A stretch of 64,000 nucleotides of DNA from Pseudonocardiales bacterium (GCA_019247305.1 JAFAPC010000019.1:3437-67436), one strand, 5' to 3'; shown: positions 1 to 9,923, counted from the stretch's first letter. The notes: generated from the sequence alone by a model not told the origin. Program-made: numbers and translations.

Positions 1-610
1 TTGCTCCAGTGTGCACCCGGAGTCGTACCCAGTGGTCCGCCGTATTCTCGACGCCGCGGGGGGCGATATCCGCACCGTGATCGGCAACACCGCGGTGCTG
101 CGCTCCTTACGGCCCGCCGATTTCGTCGACGACACGGTCGGCCTGCCCACCGTCAGCGACATTCTCGCCGAACTAGCAAAGCCGGGCCGAGACCCGCGAC
201 CGGCTTTTGCCACCGCGACCTTCGCCGAGGGCGTCGAGGAGATCTCCGACCTCGCCCCCGGCATGGTGCTCGACGGCGTGGTCACCAACGTCGCGGCGTT
301 CGGCGCGTTCGTCGACGTCGGCGTCCATCAGGACGGTCTGGTGCACGTCTCGGCCATGGCCACCACCTTCGTCAAGGACCCGCGCGAGGTGGTGAAACCC
401 GGCGACGTCGTGCGGGTGAAGGTCCTCGAGGTGGACGCGGGGCGCCACCGCATCAGCCTCACCCTGCGGCTTGATGACCCCGTCGAGCCCACGCCGACCA
501 CCTCGTCAGCCAGTGCACCCCGCAAGACTCCCCACCGAACGCCCGCCAGCGGCGCGCTCGCCGACGCCCTGCGTCGCGCCGGCTACGACCAGGGACGCTG
601 CCCCACGTGA
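1..610 (+). CDS. tex: Transcription accessory protein Tex, C-terminal part (gene begins upstream of window)
   Basis: Reading frame of ORF 11..610 is open to the window edge. It has the S1 domain [31 protein letters not shown]...[23 protein letters not shown] preceded by an HhH-like region, as in Tex. Confidence 0.75.
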   Translation, partial: CSSVHPESYPVVRRILDAAGGDIRTVIGNTAVLRSLRPADFVDDTVGLPTVSDILAELAKPGRDPRPAFATATFAEGVEEISDLAPGMVLDGVVTNVAAFGAFVDVGVHQDGLVHVSAMATTFVKDPREVVKPGDVVRVKVLEVDAGRHRISLTLRLDDPVEPTPTTSSASAPRKTPHRTPASGALADALRRAGYDQGRCPT

Positions 611-702
611 GCAGCCCCTGACCTGCTCGCCCGGTGCTCTCAGCGACAGCAAAGTCGATCACAAACCTACCGGCTGCTGCGGACCGCCGTGCAGGAGGAT
701 AC

Positions 703-1215
703 ATGTCGCTCTACGGGGATCCGGACGAGCTCGATCATCTCGCCGTACAGATCGAGCGACATGCTGATGACGTGCGCGACCGCGCTAGCGGGATGGACGC
801 CCAAGCCGCCGCGATGCGGTGGAAGTCCGTGGCTGCGGACCGGGCGCGCCAGACCGTGACGGGCGACAGGCGCAAACTGGATGAGACCGCGCGGCGTCTG
901 GATGAGGCGGCGGTCCTGCTACGGCGGCACGCCCAGGAAGTCCGGGAGATCCTCGCGATGATCCAGCGGATCGAGCAGGAGGTCATCGGCTGGTTCGACC
1001 ATGCGATCAAGGAATTCAACGACGCCGTCGCGGAGTTCACCGATCTGGTCGAAAACATTGCCCAAGGTGTGGTCCACTGGGTTACGGGTGAGCAGCCCGA
1101 GCCACCCAAGGAGCCGTGGCAGGGCTGGCCGTATCAGCCAAACAATCTGCCGCCCTCCGGGGACAAGCAGTGGCTGCAGGTTGGGGAGTTCATGCGCAAG
1201 CAGGGAGCAATTTAA
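703..1215 (+). CDS. WXG100/LXG-like helical protein (putative T7SS-associated secretion-signal domain protein)
   Basis: ATG at 703 preceded by AGGAGGA. The N-terminus MSLYGDPDELDHLAVQIERHADDV...AAAMRWKSVAADRARQ resembles the helical T7SS-signal/WXG-like domains of actinobacterial secreted proteins. An EspG-like gene follows with a 0-nt gap. Confidence 0.5.
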   Translation: MSLYGDPDELDHLAVQIERHADDVRDRASGMDAQAAAMRWKSVAADRARQTVTGDRRKLDETARRLDEAAVLLRRHAQEVREILAMIQRIEQEVIGWFDHAIKEFNDAVAEFTDLVENIAQGVVHWVTGEQPEPPKEPWQGWPYQPNNLPPSGDKQWLQVGEFMRKQGAI

Positions 1216-2037
1216 ATGACGGCAACCGAGGTGGTGCCAGCCGCGCACCGCCTCGTGCTGTCCGCAGACGAATACCAGTATCTGATCGAACTGGCACGAG
1301 TGGACATGCCACCGGGCTGGGAGCCGAAGGTAGCGGAGCATTCCGCATCGGTCAGGTCGGAACTGGCCAAACGTGGCGTACTGCAGCGGCATGATGGCCG
1401 ATTCACGGTCCATCCGTCGGTGTTGATAAATCTGCGGACCCTGACCACGCCGATGATCATAGTGGACACAACCGTTTCGATCGGCAACCGGGAGTCTCGC
1501 AGCTTGCACACCCTCGCCGGGCAACTGGGCGCTTCCCTGTTCGCTCTGGAAGACGGGGCCGTTGAGTTGTCTATGTTCGCCGCGGTGAATCTCGGGCAGG
1601 AGCTGATCAGGGCGGTGCCCGCCGAGCCCGACAGCGGCATCAGCTCCGTGCTCGGCGGATCTGCCGATCGCGAGCCGTTGCCCAGTGGCCGGGTCCCGCT
1701 AGGTGCGCTGCACGAGCTGGGCCTAGCCGCGCTACTAGCCGGCGCCGACCCCGATGCACCCAGAGCTGTGCTCGAGGGTCTGGACCTGCCAGCCGACCAG
1801 GCGTATCTCGCGAGGCATGTTAGCCGTTCGGATGGTGTGCTCAGGTCGTTGGTCACTGCCCGGACACCAAGCGGTGTCACGTCCAGCGTGGTGCTCTGGC
1901 TGCATCTTGAGTCGAGATGGCTAGGCATTCTGCCTGACCCGGATGGCTCGGGCAGGCACCTGGTGCGGCTTGAACCAGTGTCCCGTACAGATCTGGGTAC
2001 GTGGGTGGCGCCATTCATTGCCGGGGTGCTGTCGTGA
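1216..2037 (+). CDS. EspG-family (ESX secretion-associated chaperone-like) protein
   Basis: 273 aa. N-terminus HRLVLSADEYQYLIELARVDMPPGW and the overall pattern are typical of the EspG family. It abuts the upstream gene and overlaps the downstream gene (GTGA at 2034-2037). Confidence 0.55.
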   Translation: MTATEVVPAAHRLVLSADEYQYLIELARVDMPPGWEPKVAEHSASVRSELAKRGVLQRHDGRFTVHPSVLINLRTLTTPMIIVDTTVSIGNRESRSLHTLAGQLGASLFALEDGAVELSMFAAVNLGQELIRAVPAEPDSGISSVLGGSADREPLPSGRVPLGALHELGLAALLAGADPDAPRAVLEGLDLPADQAYLARHVSRSDGVLRSLVTARTPSGVTSSVVLWLHLESRWLGILPDPDGSGRHLVRLEPVSRTDLGTWVAPFIAGVLS

Positions 2038-3371
2038 CCGAGCCGACCGGGTTCGCGTTCACCGTGAGCGTCAGCGGTGGTGCTGGCGGCGTTGAAGCCC
2101 AGTACGAAGATCTTGCTGCCATGGGCCGGCTCACCGACGATGTCGCCGAAAACACCCTGTTCACCGCCGCCACCAGCCACCAATACTTGGCCAACCCCGA
2201 TGTTATCGCCTCCGCGATCCTCGATCCCGTCGGCGCTGCCCGGTTTGAGGCCGGCCTGCTCGCAGCGCTGGACGGGCCTGATGGACTGACGGCTACGTCG
2301 GTCGGTATTGGGTTGCGTGGCGCCGCGTTCCGCGCGTCCGCGCGGGCTTACCAGATATCTGAGGAACTCAACGCACGGGCGCTAGACGACATCCGCTGGC
2401 TGGAAGGAACACCGATCGGCGCGACGGTTACAGTCCCCGCGTTGGCCGGTTTCACGCTCGCCGAAGTCTACGGAAGAGACGACGGAAACTGGGAGAAGTT
2501 CCTGGTCGATCACCCCGGCCTGGTGGATCAGGCGATCGGAATGTCACCGGGTTTGCTCAGCAGCCTGCTCGGTGGGGAGAACAGCCTGGCCGACGCGACT
2601 GCCCTGGCGGCCAGCCTGTACCCCGATGGCTCACCCCGGGTCACCAATGGTGGTCTCGATCCGAATCAAACGCCACCGCCGCGGGGACTAGGCGATATCC
2701 TTAACGGCCTCCAACATCGAGATGACCCAGGGCGGGGCGATGATAACAACATCGATGTGCGCAAAGTCATCGGTGCCGACGGCAGGGTGTCCTACATCGT
2801 TGACATCCCTGGCACGAGAGTGTGGAACGCCCCGGGGGACAAGACGAGCAACGCCAATGACCTCGGCACCAACCTGAACGCGATGGCCGGCAACCCGACC
2901 GTTCTGGAGAAAGGCATTCAGGTAGCACTGAGCCGGTCCCACGTCGGGCCACACGATCCCGTTATGCTGGTCGGTCACAGTCAAGGAGGCATCGTCGCCG
3001 CCCGGGCCGCGAACGACTTTGTCTCCAGCGGTCAGTACAACGTCACCCACGTGGTCACTGCGGGCTCCCCCATCGGCCGAATTGCGGTTCCCGACAACGT
3101 GCAGGTACTATCGTTGGAGAATCGAAACGACATCGTACCCCACCTGGACGCCAGCGATAATCCCGATACCGCGAACCGCACCACGGCAACATTCGATCAT
3201 CAAACAGGAACAATAGCGGGAAACCACCAAATCGCTGGCAACTATTCAAATGTCGCCAAGCAGCTCGACAGCAGTCACAATCCATCAGTGGAAACATTCA
3301 AGAAAAGTATGGGAAACTTTACCGGTGGCTCCCAGGTCGAAACCTACCGGTACAAAGTGGAGCGAGAATGA
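2034..3371 (+). CDS. Two-domain protein: helical N-terminal region (~230 aa) plus C-terminal alpha/beta-hydrolase (lipase/esterase-like)
   Basis: GTG 2034 overlaps the EspG stop (GTGA). Nucleophile elbow VMLVGHSQGGIVAARA; downstream LENRNDIVPHLD (candidate acid residue). The N-terminal domain contains YQISE (a YxxxD/E-type motif) about 106 aa from the start. Confidence 0.65.
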   Translation: MTEPTGFAFTVSVSGGAGGVEAQYEDLAAMGRLTDDVAENTLFTAATSHQYLANPDVIASAILDPVGAARFEAGLLAALDGPDGLTATSVGIGLRGAAFRASARAYQISEELNARALDDIRWLEGTPIGATVTVPALAGFTLAEVYGRDDGNWEKFLVDHPGLVDQAIGMSPGLLSSLLGGENSLADATALAASLYPDGSPRVTNGGLDPNQTPPPRGLGDILNGLQHRDDPGRGDDNNIDVRKVIGADGRVSYIVDIPGTRVWNAPGDKTSNANDLGTNLNAMAGNPTVLEKGIQVALSRSHVGPHDPVMLVGHSQGGIVAARAANDFVSSGQYNVTHVVTAGSPIGRIAVPDNVQVLSLENRNDIVPHLDASDNPDTANRTTATFDHQTGTIAGNHQIAGNYSNVAKQLDSSHNPSVETFKKSMGNFTGGSQVETYRYKVERE

Positions 3372-3856
3372 CTCGCCTTGGTACGTGGTATTCGGCCGCG
3401 GTCGCCGTACTCCTGGTGGTGATCCTGTCGGGCTGTACCGCCTTCGTCAATGACCAGAACAAAGAAGCGAACGACCTTGGCCTGCGCATTGTTTCACAGC
3501 TGAAGGCTCAGCCCTCTGTCGCCGACGCCAACTATACGTTCAAATCCAGCCTGGACGTCTCGCCACGCATGGCAGTCTCGGTCTTGGTCAAACCCGAACA
3601 GGCAACACACGACCGGGCCCAGAGATTGGTAGACCTTGCCATGGACGCTTATTGGCATTCCTCCGCCGATGTCCAGACTTTTTCCGTCAGTGTTTATTCG
3701 GTCGCTCATCCACCAGTAGCGGGCCAGGATAACCAGAAACGAGAGATCGCTGGCGGAGAAGTCCACCTCAACGCCGATCAGCAGAACAAGAGTACGGATC
3801 AGCGCAGGCTCGAGGAGAAGTTCGGCCCGCGCCCAACGCCCACTCCAACGAAGTAG
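3368..3856 (+). CDS. Lipoprotein (candidate immunity/partner of upstream hydrolase)
   Basis: ATGA overlap with the hydrolase stop. Signal peptide with lipobox LLVVILSGC-TAF. Confidence 0.6.
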   Translation: MTRLGTWYSAAVAVLLVVILSGCTAFVNDQNKEANDLGLRIVSQLKAQPSVADANYTFKSSLDVSPRMAVSVLVKPEQATHDRAQRLVDLAMDAYWHSSADVQTFSVSVYSVAHPPVAGQDNQKREIAGGEVHLNADQQNKSTDQRRLEEKFGPRPTPTPTK

Positions 3857-3945
3857 TGCCAGGCCCTTCCGCCATCCGGCACGTCACGGCGCTCGGCAGA
3901 CTTCTGCCGCGCCCGGCGCACTCGCTGACGCGCTGCTCTCCGCTG

Positions 3946-5181
3946 CTACTCGCGGAGGCGGATCAGATCGGGTGTGGTGTGCAGTGGGTTGCGGCGTGGG
4001 GGTCCGCTGAGCCAGGGTGGTGGGTGAAACTCTGGAATACCGCCGACCATCTCGATCCGCCAGTCAGAATGGTGGAGAAGTCGATGGTGGCGGCCGCAGA
4101 GCACAACGCAATTCGCGAGGCTGGTCGCACCGCCGTCCGCCCAATGTTTCACGTGGTGAATGTCGGACCAGCGGGCCGGCACAGCACACCCCGGGAAAGC
4201 ACATCCGCCATCGCGCAGGACCACCGCGCGGCGGATCGCCACCGGCACGGTGTGGCTGGCGCGGCCAACGTCCAGCGGCTCACCGCGGGCGCCCAGCACC
4301 ACCGGAATGATCTGCGCGTCGCAGGCGATGCGGCGAGCAATCTCGGCGTTGATCGGACCGCCCAAGGCCAACGACGCCGAACCGATCCGGCGCGCCAGCA
4401 CGGGCAGGTTCACCGTCACCACTACCTGCGGGCGCTCTCCGCCCTCCGTCGGTAACTCACCGCTGCCCAGAGCCCGCTGGGCAAGCTCGACCAGGGCGTC
4501 GGCGTCGCGCTGCGCCGCATCTCGCAGGTCGATCTCGGTCTCGGTGGCCGGGCGAGGCGCGGCTAGCGGACTCAGCGCCGAGCGGACGATCTCGGCGGCT
4601 TCCCGATCGAGCCATCCGCGCAGCTCATAGCCACCATCCCGGTCATGAAAACTCAACCGCCGCCGGGCCTCGGGAATGTCGCGGGGTGGCCGGCCGTCCT
4701 GATCCAAATAGGCCAGGATCCGCTTACCCAGCACCGCCAGCTGCCCAGCATCCAGAATGCGAGCCTGGCGGGCCAGCTCAGCCTCGACCTCAGCCCGCTG
4801 CTGCTCACCCAGATGCGGGGGAATCCGAGCCAGCACCGAGCGGATCACCGCGACCTCCGCGGCGCCGATCACATGCTCGGCCACCGCCGCCGCCGTAGCC
4901 GGTAGCCGCGGCGGCACTGGCGCGCCACCCAACCCTCGCCCGGGAAGCACATCAGCCGCGGCGTCGATCCGGGCCCGTGCCTCGCTCCGCGACACCCGCG
5001 AGACCGCGCGCACCAGCTCCACCGTCGTGCCATACCCCACCGTCGCGGCTGTCCCCCGGGCATCGAGTTCGGCCACCACCGACAGCATCTGCGCCCACGT
5101 CGCATGCAGGCGGGTCTCCAACGCCTGGAGTTCGGCAAGCAACTCCTGGTCACTGGCCTGCCACTGCGCCACCGTCGACAT
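3946..5181 (-). CDS. HNH endonuclease with DUF222 N-terminal domain (actinobacterial 13E12-type family)
   Basis: 411 aa. HNH core RDGGCAFPGCAVPARWSDIHHVKHWADGGATSLANCVVLCGRHHRLLH. Confidence 0.85.
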   Translation of the reverse strand: MSTVAQWQASDQELLAELQALETRLHATWAQMLSVVAELDARGTAATVGYGTTVELVRAVSRVSRSEARARIDAAADVLPGRGLGGAPVPPRLPATAAAVAEHVIGAAEVAVIRSVLARIPPHLGEQQRAEVEAELARQARILDAGQLAVLGKRILAYLDQDGRPPRDIPEARRRLSFHDRDGGYELRGWLDREAAEIVRSALSPLAAPRPATETEIDLRDAAQRDADALVELAQRALGSGELPTEGGERPQVVVTVNLPVLARRIGSASLALGGPINAEIARRIACDAQIIPVVLGARGEPLDVGRASHTVPVAIRRAVVLRDGGCAFPGCAVPARWSDIHHVKHWADGGATSLANCVVLCGRHHRLLHHSDWRIEMVGGIPEFHPPPWLSGPPRRNPLHTTPDLIRLRE

Positions 5182-5303
5182 GCCCTCACTCTAGGTGGGA
5201 ACACCGACAAAAACCGGCCGCACGCGAGCGCACTCGCCACCCGGCTGGTCCGCAGGCTTCGTCTCGGGCGTTCGTGGGATACTCATCGGCGACCCGAGGA
5301 GTC

Positions 5304-5783
5304 GTGGTGACCGCCCTTCCTGAGCCGCCTGGCCAACTGCTGACCATCGCGGAGTATGCCGCCCTCGGCGAAGACGACCGCTACCGCTGGGAACTCCAGG
5401 AGGGCAATCTCGTCATGTCGCCGAGCCCAACGCCGCGCCACATGATTGCCTCCGGAGAACTGCGTGATCAGATTAAGCAGCAGTTGCCACCTCACCTGCG
5501 GGTGATCCAGGACGTCGACATCGATCTGCAGCTCGCCCCGCCCGACCAACCCGGCGTCTCCCGTCGACCAGACCTGATCGTCGTCGATCAGAGGGCGCTC
5601 GACCGGGTTGACGCCGACGCCGGCATCCCGCACTATTGGATCGTCGATCTCGAACCGCCGGTGACCCTGCTAGCCTGCCATCTCGCTGGCGAGTTCGGCT
5701 ATCAGGACGCCGGCGCCGTCACTGGCGAACTCATCACCGACGAGCCAGCTGAGCTCAAGATCAGCCTTGACCAGCTGAGCTAG
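5304..5783 (+). CDS. Uma2 family (DUF820) endonuclease
   Basis: GTG 5304/5307 after GAGGAG. Family pattern LTIAEYAALGEDDRYRWELQEGNLVMSPSPTPRH...RRPDLIVVD...GIPHYWIVDLE. Confidence 0.8.
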   Translation: MVTALPEPPGQLLTIAEYAALGEDDRYRWELQEGNLVMSPSPTPRHMIASGELRDQIKQQLPPHLRVIQDVDIDLQLAPPDQPGVSRRPDLIVVDQRALDRVDADAGIPHYWIVDLEPPVTLLACHLAGEFGYQDAGAVTGELITDEPAELKISLDQLS

Positions 5784-5981
5784 CTCCTACCGGTCGCGGC
5801 CCGGTGTCGTCGTTACAGGCAGGGGCAGCCGAGGGTTCACAATACTATTGCGGAATGCGGTGCCGTGCTCAGGCGGGATAGCCAGGTGAGCAGAGCGCAG
5901 GAGATCGATGCCGCGTTACGGCGGATAGCGCGGGGCTACCACGCGCTCGCCGACGCTGAAATACGTGAGACAGGAAAGTAG

Positions 5982-6796
5982 ATGAGTACCCTCGACGTTC
6001 CAGGCGCTCAGCTGTACTACGAGACCCACGGTAGCGGACCACTCATGATCATGATCCCCGGGGCCCTGGCAACGCCGACGTCTTCACCTCGGTGACCGCA
6101 TACCTGGGGGAGCACTACACCATCGTCACCTACGATCGACGCGGTTTCTCTAGGAGCACCCTCGTTGGTCCGCAGGACTACGATCACCGGTTGGAGACAG
6201 ATGCCGACGATGTCCGGCGCTTACTCCAGCATCTGAGCGATGAGCCCGCAATCGTCTTTGGCAGCAGTGCTGGCGGGGTCGTTGCCCTGGAGGTCCTGGC
6301 GCGACACCCCTGCGTGGTCCGTACGCTCGCTCCATTCGAACCAGCAGCTATGAAGCAACTGCCCGACAGAGAAAAGTGGGTGGATTTCGTCTTCGCTCTT
6401 TACGACCTGTACCGCCGAGCCGGGATAGCACCAGCGCTAGAGAAGTTCCGCACGCACCTGTTCGTAGAGTCAGACCGGCAGGTCATGGCGCGCGCACCGG
6501 AACCGACGAACGGCGCCAATGCCACCTACTGGTTCGAGCACGAACTGCGGCAATACTCGACAGCCGATCTCGATCTTGACGCACTTACCGCCCATGCCGA
6601 TTGGATTGTGCCGGTGGTCGGACGGGAATCCCGTGGTTATCCAACCTATAGGGTAAACGTGGAACTGGGTAAGAAGCTCGGTCGGGATGTGATCGAGCTG
6701 CCCGGCGGTCATGTCGGTTATGTGGCTCAACCCGCCGAGTTCGCCCGCGAGCTTATGCAGGCTCTCGCGGGCACAGCGCACGGACCGACGAGGTGA
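5982..6796 (+). pseudogene. Alpha/beta hydrolase, frameshifted near 6060-6070
   Basis: ATG 5982 (AGGAAAG upstream) gives MSTLDVPGAQLYYETHGSGPLMIMIPGA, then runs into a stop. The protein continues in another frame (ORF 6092..6796: ...NADVFTSVTAYLGEHYTIVTYDRRGFSRS...GSSAGG...GGH). The frames differ by 2 nt. Confidence 0.6.
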
Positions 6797-6799
6797 CGC

Positions 6800-7130
6800 T
6801 TGCCGCTCCCTCACCGCCGCTGGGACGAGGCGCTGGCCGTGCTCACCCGGCTCGGGAGCACCCATCGCGGGGAGCTGATGACGATCGGCAACGGCAGGGC
6901 CTCCCGGGAGACCGACCAGCTCGCCACCGAGCTGGCGCGGCGGCTGGGCCTCGCCAAGGCCGTGGTGTCAGCGGCGAGCGCCTCGGCCTACGCCAGCCAC
7001 GAACTGCCGGAGCTGGAGATGTCCCTGCGCGGCGCGGTCTCGATCGCCCGCCGGTTGCGCCGACCCGCTCGCGGAACTCGTCAAGATCGATCCCAAAAAC
7101 TGACTAGTGCGGCTCAGCGGCCAGCGCGGC
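6800..7130 (+). pseudogene. Fragment of a tex-like gene (YqgF/RuvC-like domain region), internally frameshifted
   Basis: IGNGRASRETDQLATELARRLG...SASAYASHELPELEMSLRGAVSIARRL matches the Tex central domain. The expected continuation DPLAELVKIDPK is readable only in another frame. There is no N- or C-terminal remainder. Confidence 0.55.
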
Positions 7131-7212
7131 TACCATGATGGATGGTGGCCACTACCTGCCCACACTGTAGGTCTTCAAAAGGCTGTTGCGTGTCTCCGAG
7201 AGGAACCCTTCC

Positions 7213-8034
7213 ATGGCGCCGAAGCGGCTACGTCGCAACTCGCCATTTGTGACTGGTGACGGTATCCAGCCGGCTGCCCCGACCACTAGCCCCTTGCTGC
7301 GCGCACCGACTGAGCTCAACAGCGACTTCCCCTGGGACGAATTCGACTCCTACTGGTACTACGACCACAACTACAAGACGTTGCGCGACGACGACCGGCA
7401 GATCATCCAAACCGTCCGGGATTTTTTCGTGACACTCGACCCGTCGAGTCACCGACACGGCATCGACGTGGGCTCGGGATCTAATCTTTATCCAGCCCTG
7501 GCCATGCTCCCGCTCTGTCACGAGATCACGCTTTACGAGTACTCAACCTCAAACATCTCATGGTTGCAGCGCGAGATCCAGTCCTACTCGCCGTCCTGGG
7601 ATGCCTTCTGGCAGTTGCTCGCCGTAGCACCACTGTACAAGTCAGTTGATTCTCCGCGAGCAACACTCGCCGCCGTGGCCCAGGTCGAGCGGGGCAGCAT
7701 CTTCGACCTGCCCCGCTCACGGTGGGACATCGGTACGATGTTCTTTACCGCAGAGTCCATTTCATCGACACCGGCGGAGTTCCAAGCCGCGCTGCGGAGC
7801 TTCATCACATCGTTGCGCACGGGGGCACCGTTCGCGGCCGCCTTCATGGAGAAGTCACTGGGGTATGATGTGGGCACACGCCGATTCCCGGCAGTCGCTA
7901 TTACAGTGAATGACGTGGAAAATTGTCTGGCGACCAATACGGAAGTTTTGGATCTTCACCGGATAGGCCTCACCGAAAATCCGTTACGCAATGGTTACGA
8001 TGGTATGATCCTGGCCACCGGAAGAGCCGCATAG
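7213..8034 (+). CDS. SAM-dependent methyltransferase, NNMT/PNMT/TEMT-like fold (recalled as SCO2525-family)
   Basis: ATG 7213 after GAGAGGAA. FPWDEFDSYWYYDHNYKTL...GIDVGSGSNLYPALAMLPLCHEITLYEYSTSNISWLQREI resembles the NNMT/PNMT motif arrangement. Confidence 0.75.
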   Translation: MAPKRLRRNSPFVTGDGIQPAAPTTSPLLRAPTELNSDFPWDEFDSYWYYDHNYKTLRDDDRQIIQTVRDFFVTLDPSSHRHGIDVGSGSNLYPALAMLPLCHEITLYEYSTSNISWLQREIQSYSPSWDAFWQLLAVAPLYKSVDSPRATLAAVAQVERGSIFDLPRSRWDIGTMFFTAESISSTPAEFQAALRSFITSLRTGAPFAAAFMEKSLGYDVGTRRFPAVAITVNDVENCLATNTEVLDLHRIGLTENPLRNGYDGMILATGRAA

Positions 8035-8066
8035 CGAGACTCAAGGACGCAGATGGGCAACTACCG

Positions 8067-9923
8067 ATGAAGATTCAACCGCGACGGCAGCTCCTGGATG
8101 TCTGGCACGCCACCGCTCAAGCATCTCTTCAGGATGGCAAATGGATGCCGGGCGGTCGCGACGGAAGTAACTCGATCAGCGATGCGGAGCAGTTGCTCTG
8201 CATCATGTATCCCGTGACCGAGCTTCCTTCGTTCCAGCTGGCCAGACCCGACGAGACAGCGGAGGACATTCTCGATGGGCTCGAAGTCCTCGGCGACAGC
8301 CTCGACATCCCCCAGCTGCTCATCAGAGCCTTGATCGAGTACATGGAACGGTATAGAGATGATTCCGGGTCACCTATTTTCTCCGGCGAAGGTTATTTCG
8401 ACCTAGCTGACCCAGAAGCAGTATCGAGCCATGGCTTAGGGGAGCTCGATATCGTCGACTCCTTCTCAATGTCGATCACACTGACACTAGCCACCCTCGC
8501 TTTTATCCAAAATTTTCGCCGTGTCGTTAGCCGGGAAGATCTCCGACAAAAGATAGACAGACTCAAAGAATTGTCGAGTGTCAGGTTGACGGCGGCGATG
8601 GTCGGCCTACTTCGCAGCTTCAGCCTGCACGTCTTTGACGTTCGGTCGGAAGCCGGCCGTATATTATGCGGACGATCCAACCAAAGCGGCTTACCCGAAC
8701 GTCAGATCATCGCTGATCTTCAGGCCAAGCTGCGGCCGGTCCGGAGCAGTCTGCAGGCCCTGACTCTTGGTTCGGGGCAAGCCGTTGCCGACCTCGACAG
8801 CCCCAACCGGCTTTTCGAGTGCGGGTGGTCCTGGGGAATCGTCAAGGACGCTCCCCCTATTAACACATCAGTATTAGACAGTGCCACGCTAGAAAAATTC
8901 GCGCAGCCGGACGGCTTCGCCATGGATAGGCCGCCTCTCTATTTCACGGGCACCGCCTTGGATGGCATCGAGGACCTGTTCTCCGAGCGCACCCGACGCT
9001 TGGGCCTCCTCGACGAAGGACAACGCCGGCTGATGAACTCACTTCAGGTTCGACGAGACCTCACCCAATTGTACTGGTCGACCATCGCGACTTTCGGCAC
9101 TGGCCGGTGGCCGCTAGAAGACCTCCCCTGGTGTACTTCGGATGGTCAGGAGTCTGACTACTACAGTTTACAGGTCTCTTCCATGGTGGTGCAGGACCTG
9201 GTGAGCCGCCGAGCGTCCGATTCAGAGCTTGGTCGGGTCGGAAGGGTTCTCCAGGACCTGGCCAACCGTAGTCGGATCAATCGGCGGCCGGTGCGCGACG
9301 ACGCCGCCCTCGACCTACACGCTCCCGGCGTACCGCAGAGGTTGCGTGGCAGTGAGAAGGTTGCCGGTCAGACCGTCGGCTGGCTGGTCTCCAACTTCGC
9401 ACCCCTCCTGCTGAAACGTACCCTCGCGGTCGCGCAGCTGCTGCGCGACGCTGAGCTGCGCGGCGACCTCCTCACGCTCGCGGACAGTATCTGGGATCAC
9501 CTGCTGCTGCGCCGGCTCAAGGACGGCTCCGGTCGAGGCCTCTGGGACCAGCCAGGCGACGCCTTCGAGCAACTGAGCACCCATCACGAGCTGCCGTCGT
9601 GGTATCAGACGGAACGCGTGGTCGAATGCCTGGTCGCGGCGGCGAATATGGTCGAGCGGGCGTCGCTGCGCAGCGAGCGACTGACCGAGACCGCCAAAGA
9701 CCTGCTCTATGAGGCAGACCTCCTGTACGACCGCGAGTTGCTGCTCGGGTCGGGAGCTGGGCCGTCGATGCGAGGGGTTTTGGAGGCAGCACGTGCGAAC
9801 CTGCAGCATGCCTGGGAGATCCTGAACGACCGCCCGGGCAGTGCCGCAGCGCTCGCCAGCGAGGTGTTACGTGAGTTCGAGCGGCTGGATGTGGCTCGCC
9901 GCGACGCGACCCGGGAGACGTGA
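8067..9923 (+). CDS. Large (618 aa) mostly helical protein of unknown function (recalled as SCO2524-family)
   Basis: Long ORF with coding-like third-position GC. First in-frame ATG after the methyltransferase stop. The 3' end overlaps the next gene (GTGA 9920-9923). Confidence 0.7.
   Translation: MKIQPRRQLLDVWHATAQASLQDGKWMPGGRDGSNSISDAEQLLCIMYPVTELPSFQLARPDETAEDILDGLEVLGDSLDIPQLLIRALIEYMERYRDDSGSPIFSGEGYFDLADPEAVSSHGLGELDIVDSFSMSITLTLATLAFIQNFRRVVSREDLRQKIDRLKELSSVRLTAAMVGLLRSFSLHVFDVRSEAGRILCGRSNQSGLPERQIIADLQAKLRPVRSSLQALTLGSGQAVADLDSPNRLFECGWSWGIVKDAPPINTSVLDSATLEKFAQPDGFAMDRPPLYFTGTALDGIEDLFSERTRRLGLLDEGQRRLMNSLQVRRDLTQLYWSTIATFGTGRWPLEDLPWCTSDGQESDYYSLQVSSMVVQDLVSRRASDSELGRVGRVLQDLANRSRINRRPVRDDAALDLHAPGVPQRLRGSEKVAGQTVGWLVSNFAPLLLKRTLAVAQLLRDAELRGDLLTLADSIWDHLLLRRLKDGSGRGLWDQPGDAFEQLSTHHELPSWYQTERVVECLVAAANMVERASLRSERLTETAKDLLYEADLLYDRELLLGSGAGPSMRGVLEAARANLQHAWEILNDRPGSAAALASEVLREFERLDVARRDATRET

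Noticed and set aside
1212-2183. Long antisense ORF (323 aa) opposite the EspG-like gene. Similar long shadow ORFs include 19016..19996 (-), 27170..28777 (+), 38924..40060 (+), 40099..41229 (+), 45803..47080 (+), 54772..55656 (+) and 16336..17181 (+).
   Set aside because: They are Arg/Pro/Gly/Ala-rich with low-complexity translations and no motifs. Each lies opposite or overlapping a well-supported gene, which is typical of stop-codon-poor antisense frames in ~70% GC DNA.
4143-4158. parS-like half site tgtttcacgtggtgaa inside the HNH gene.
   Set aside because: Only the left half matches. Four mismatches in the right arm destroy the palindrome, so it is probably a chance match.
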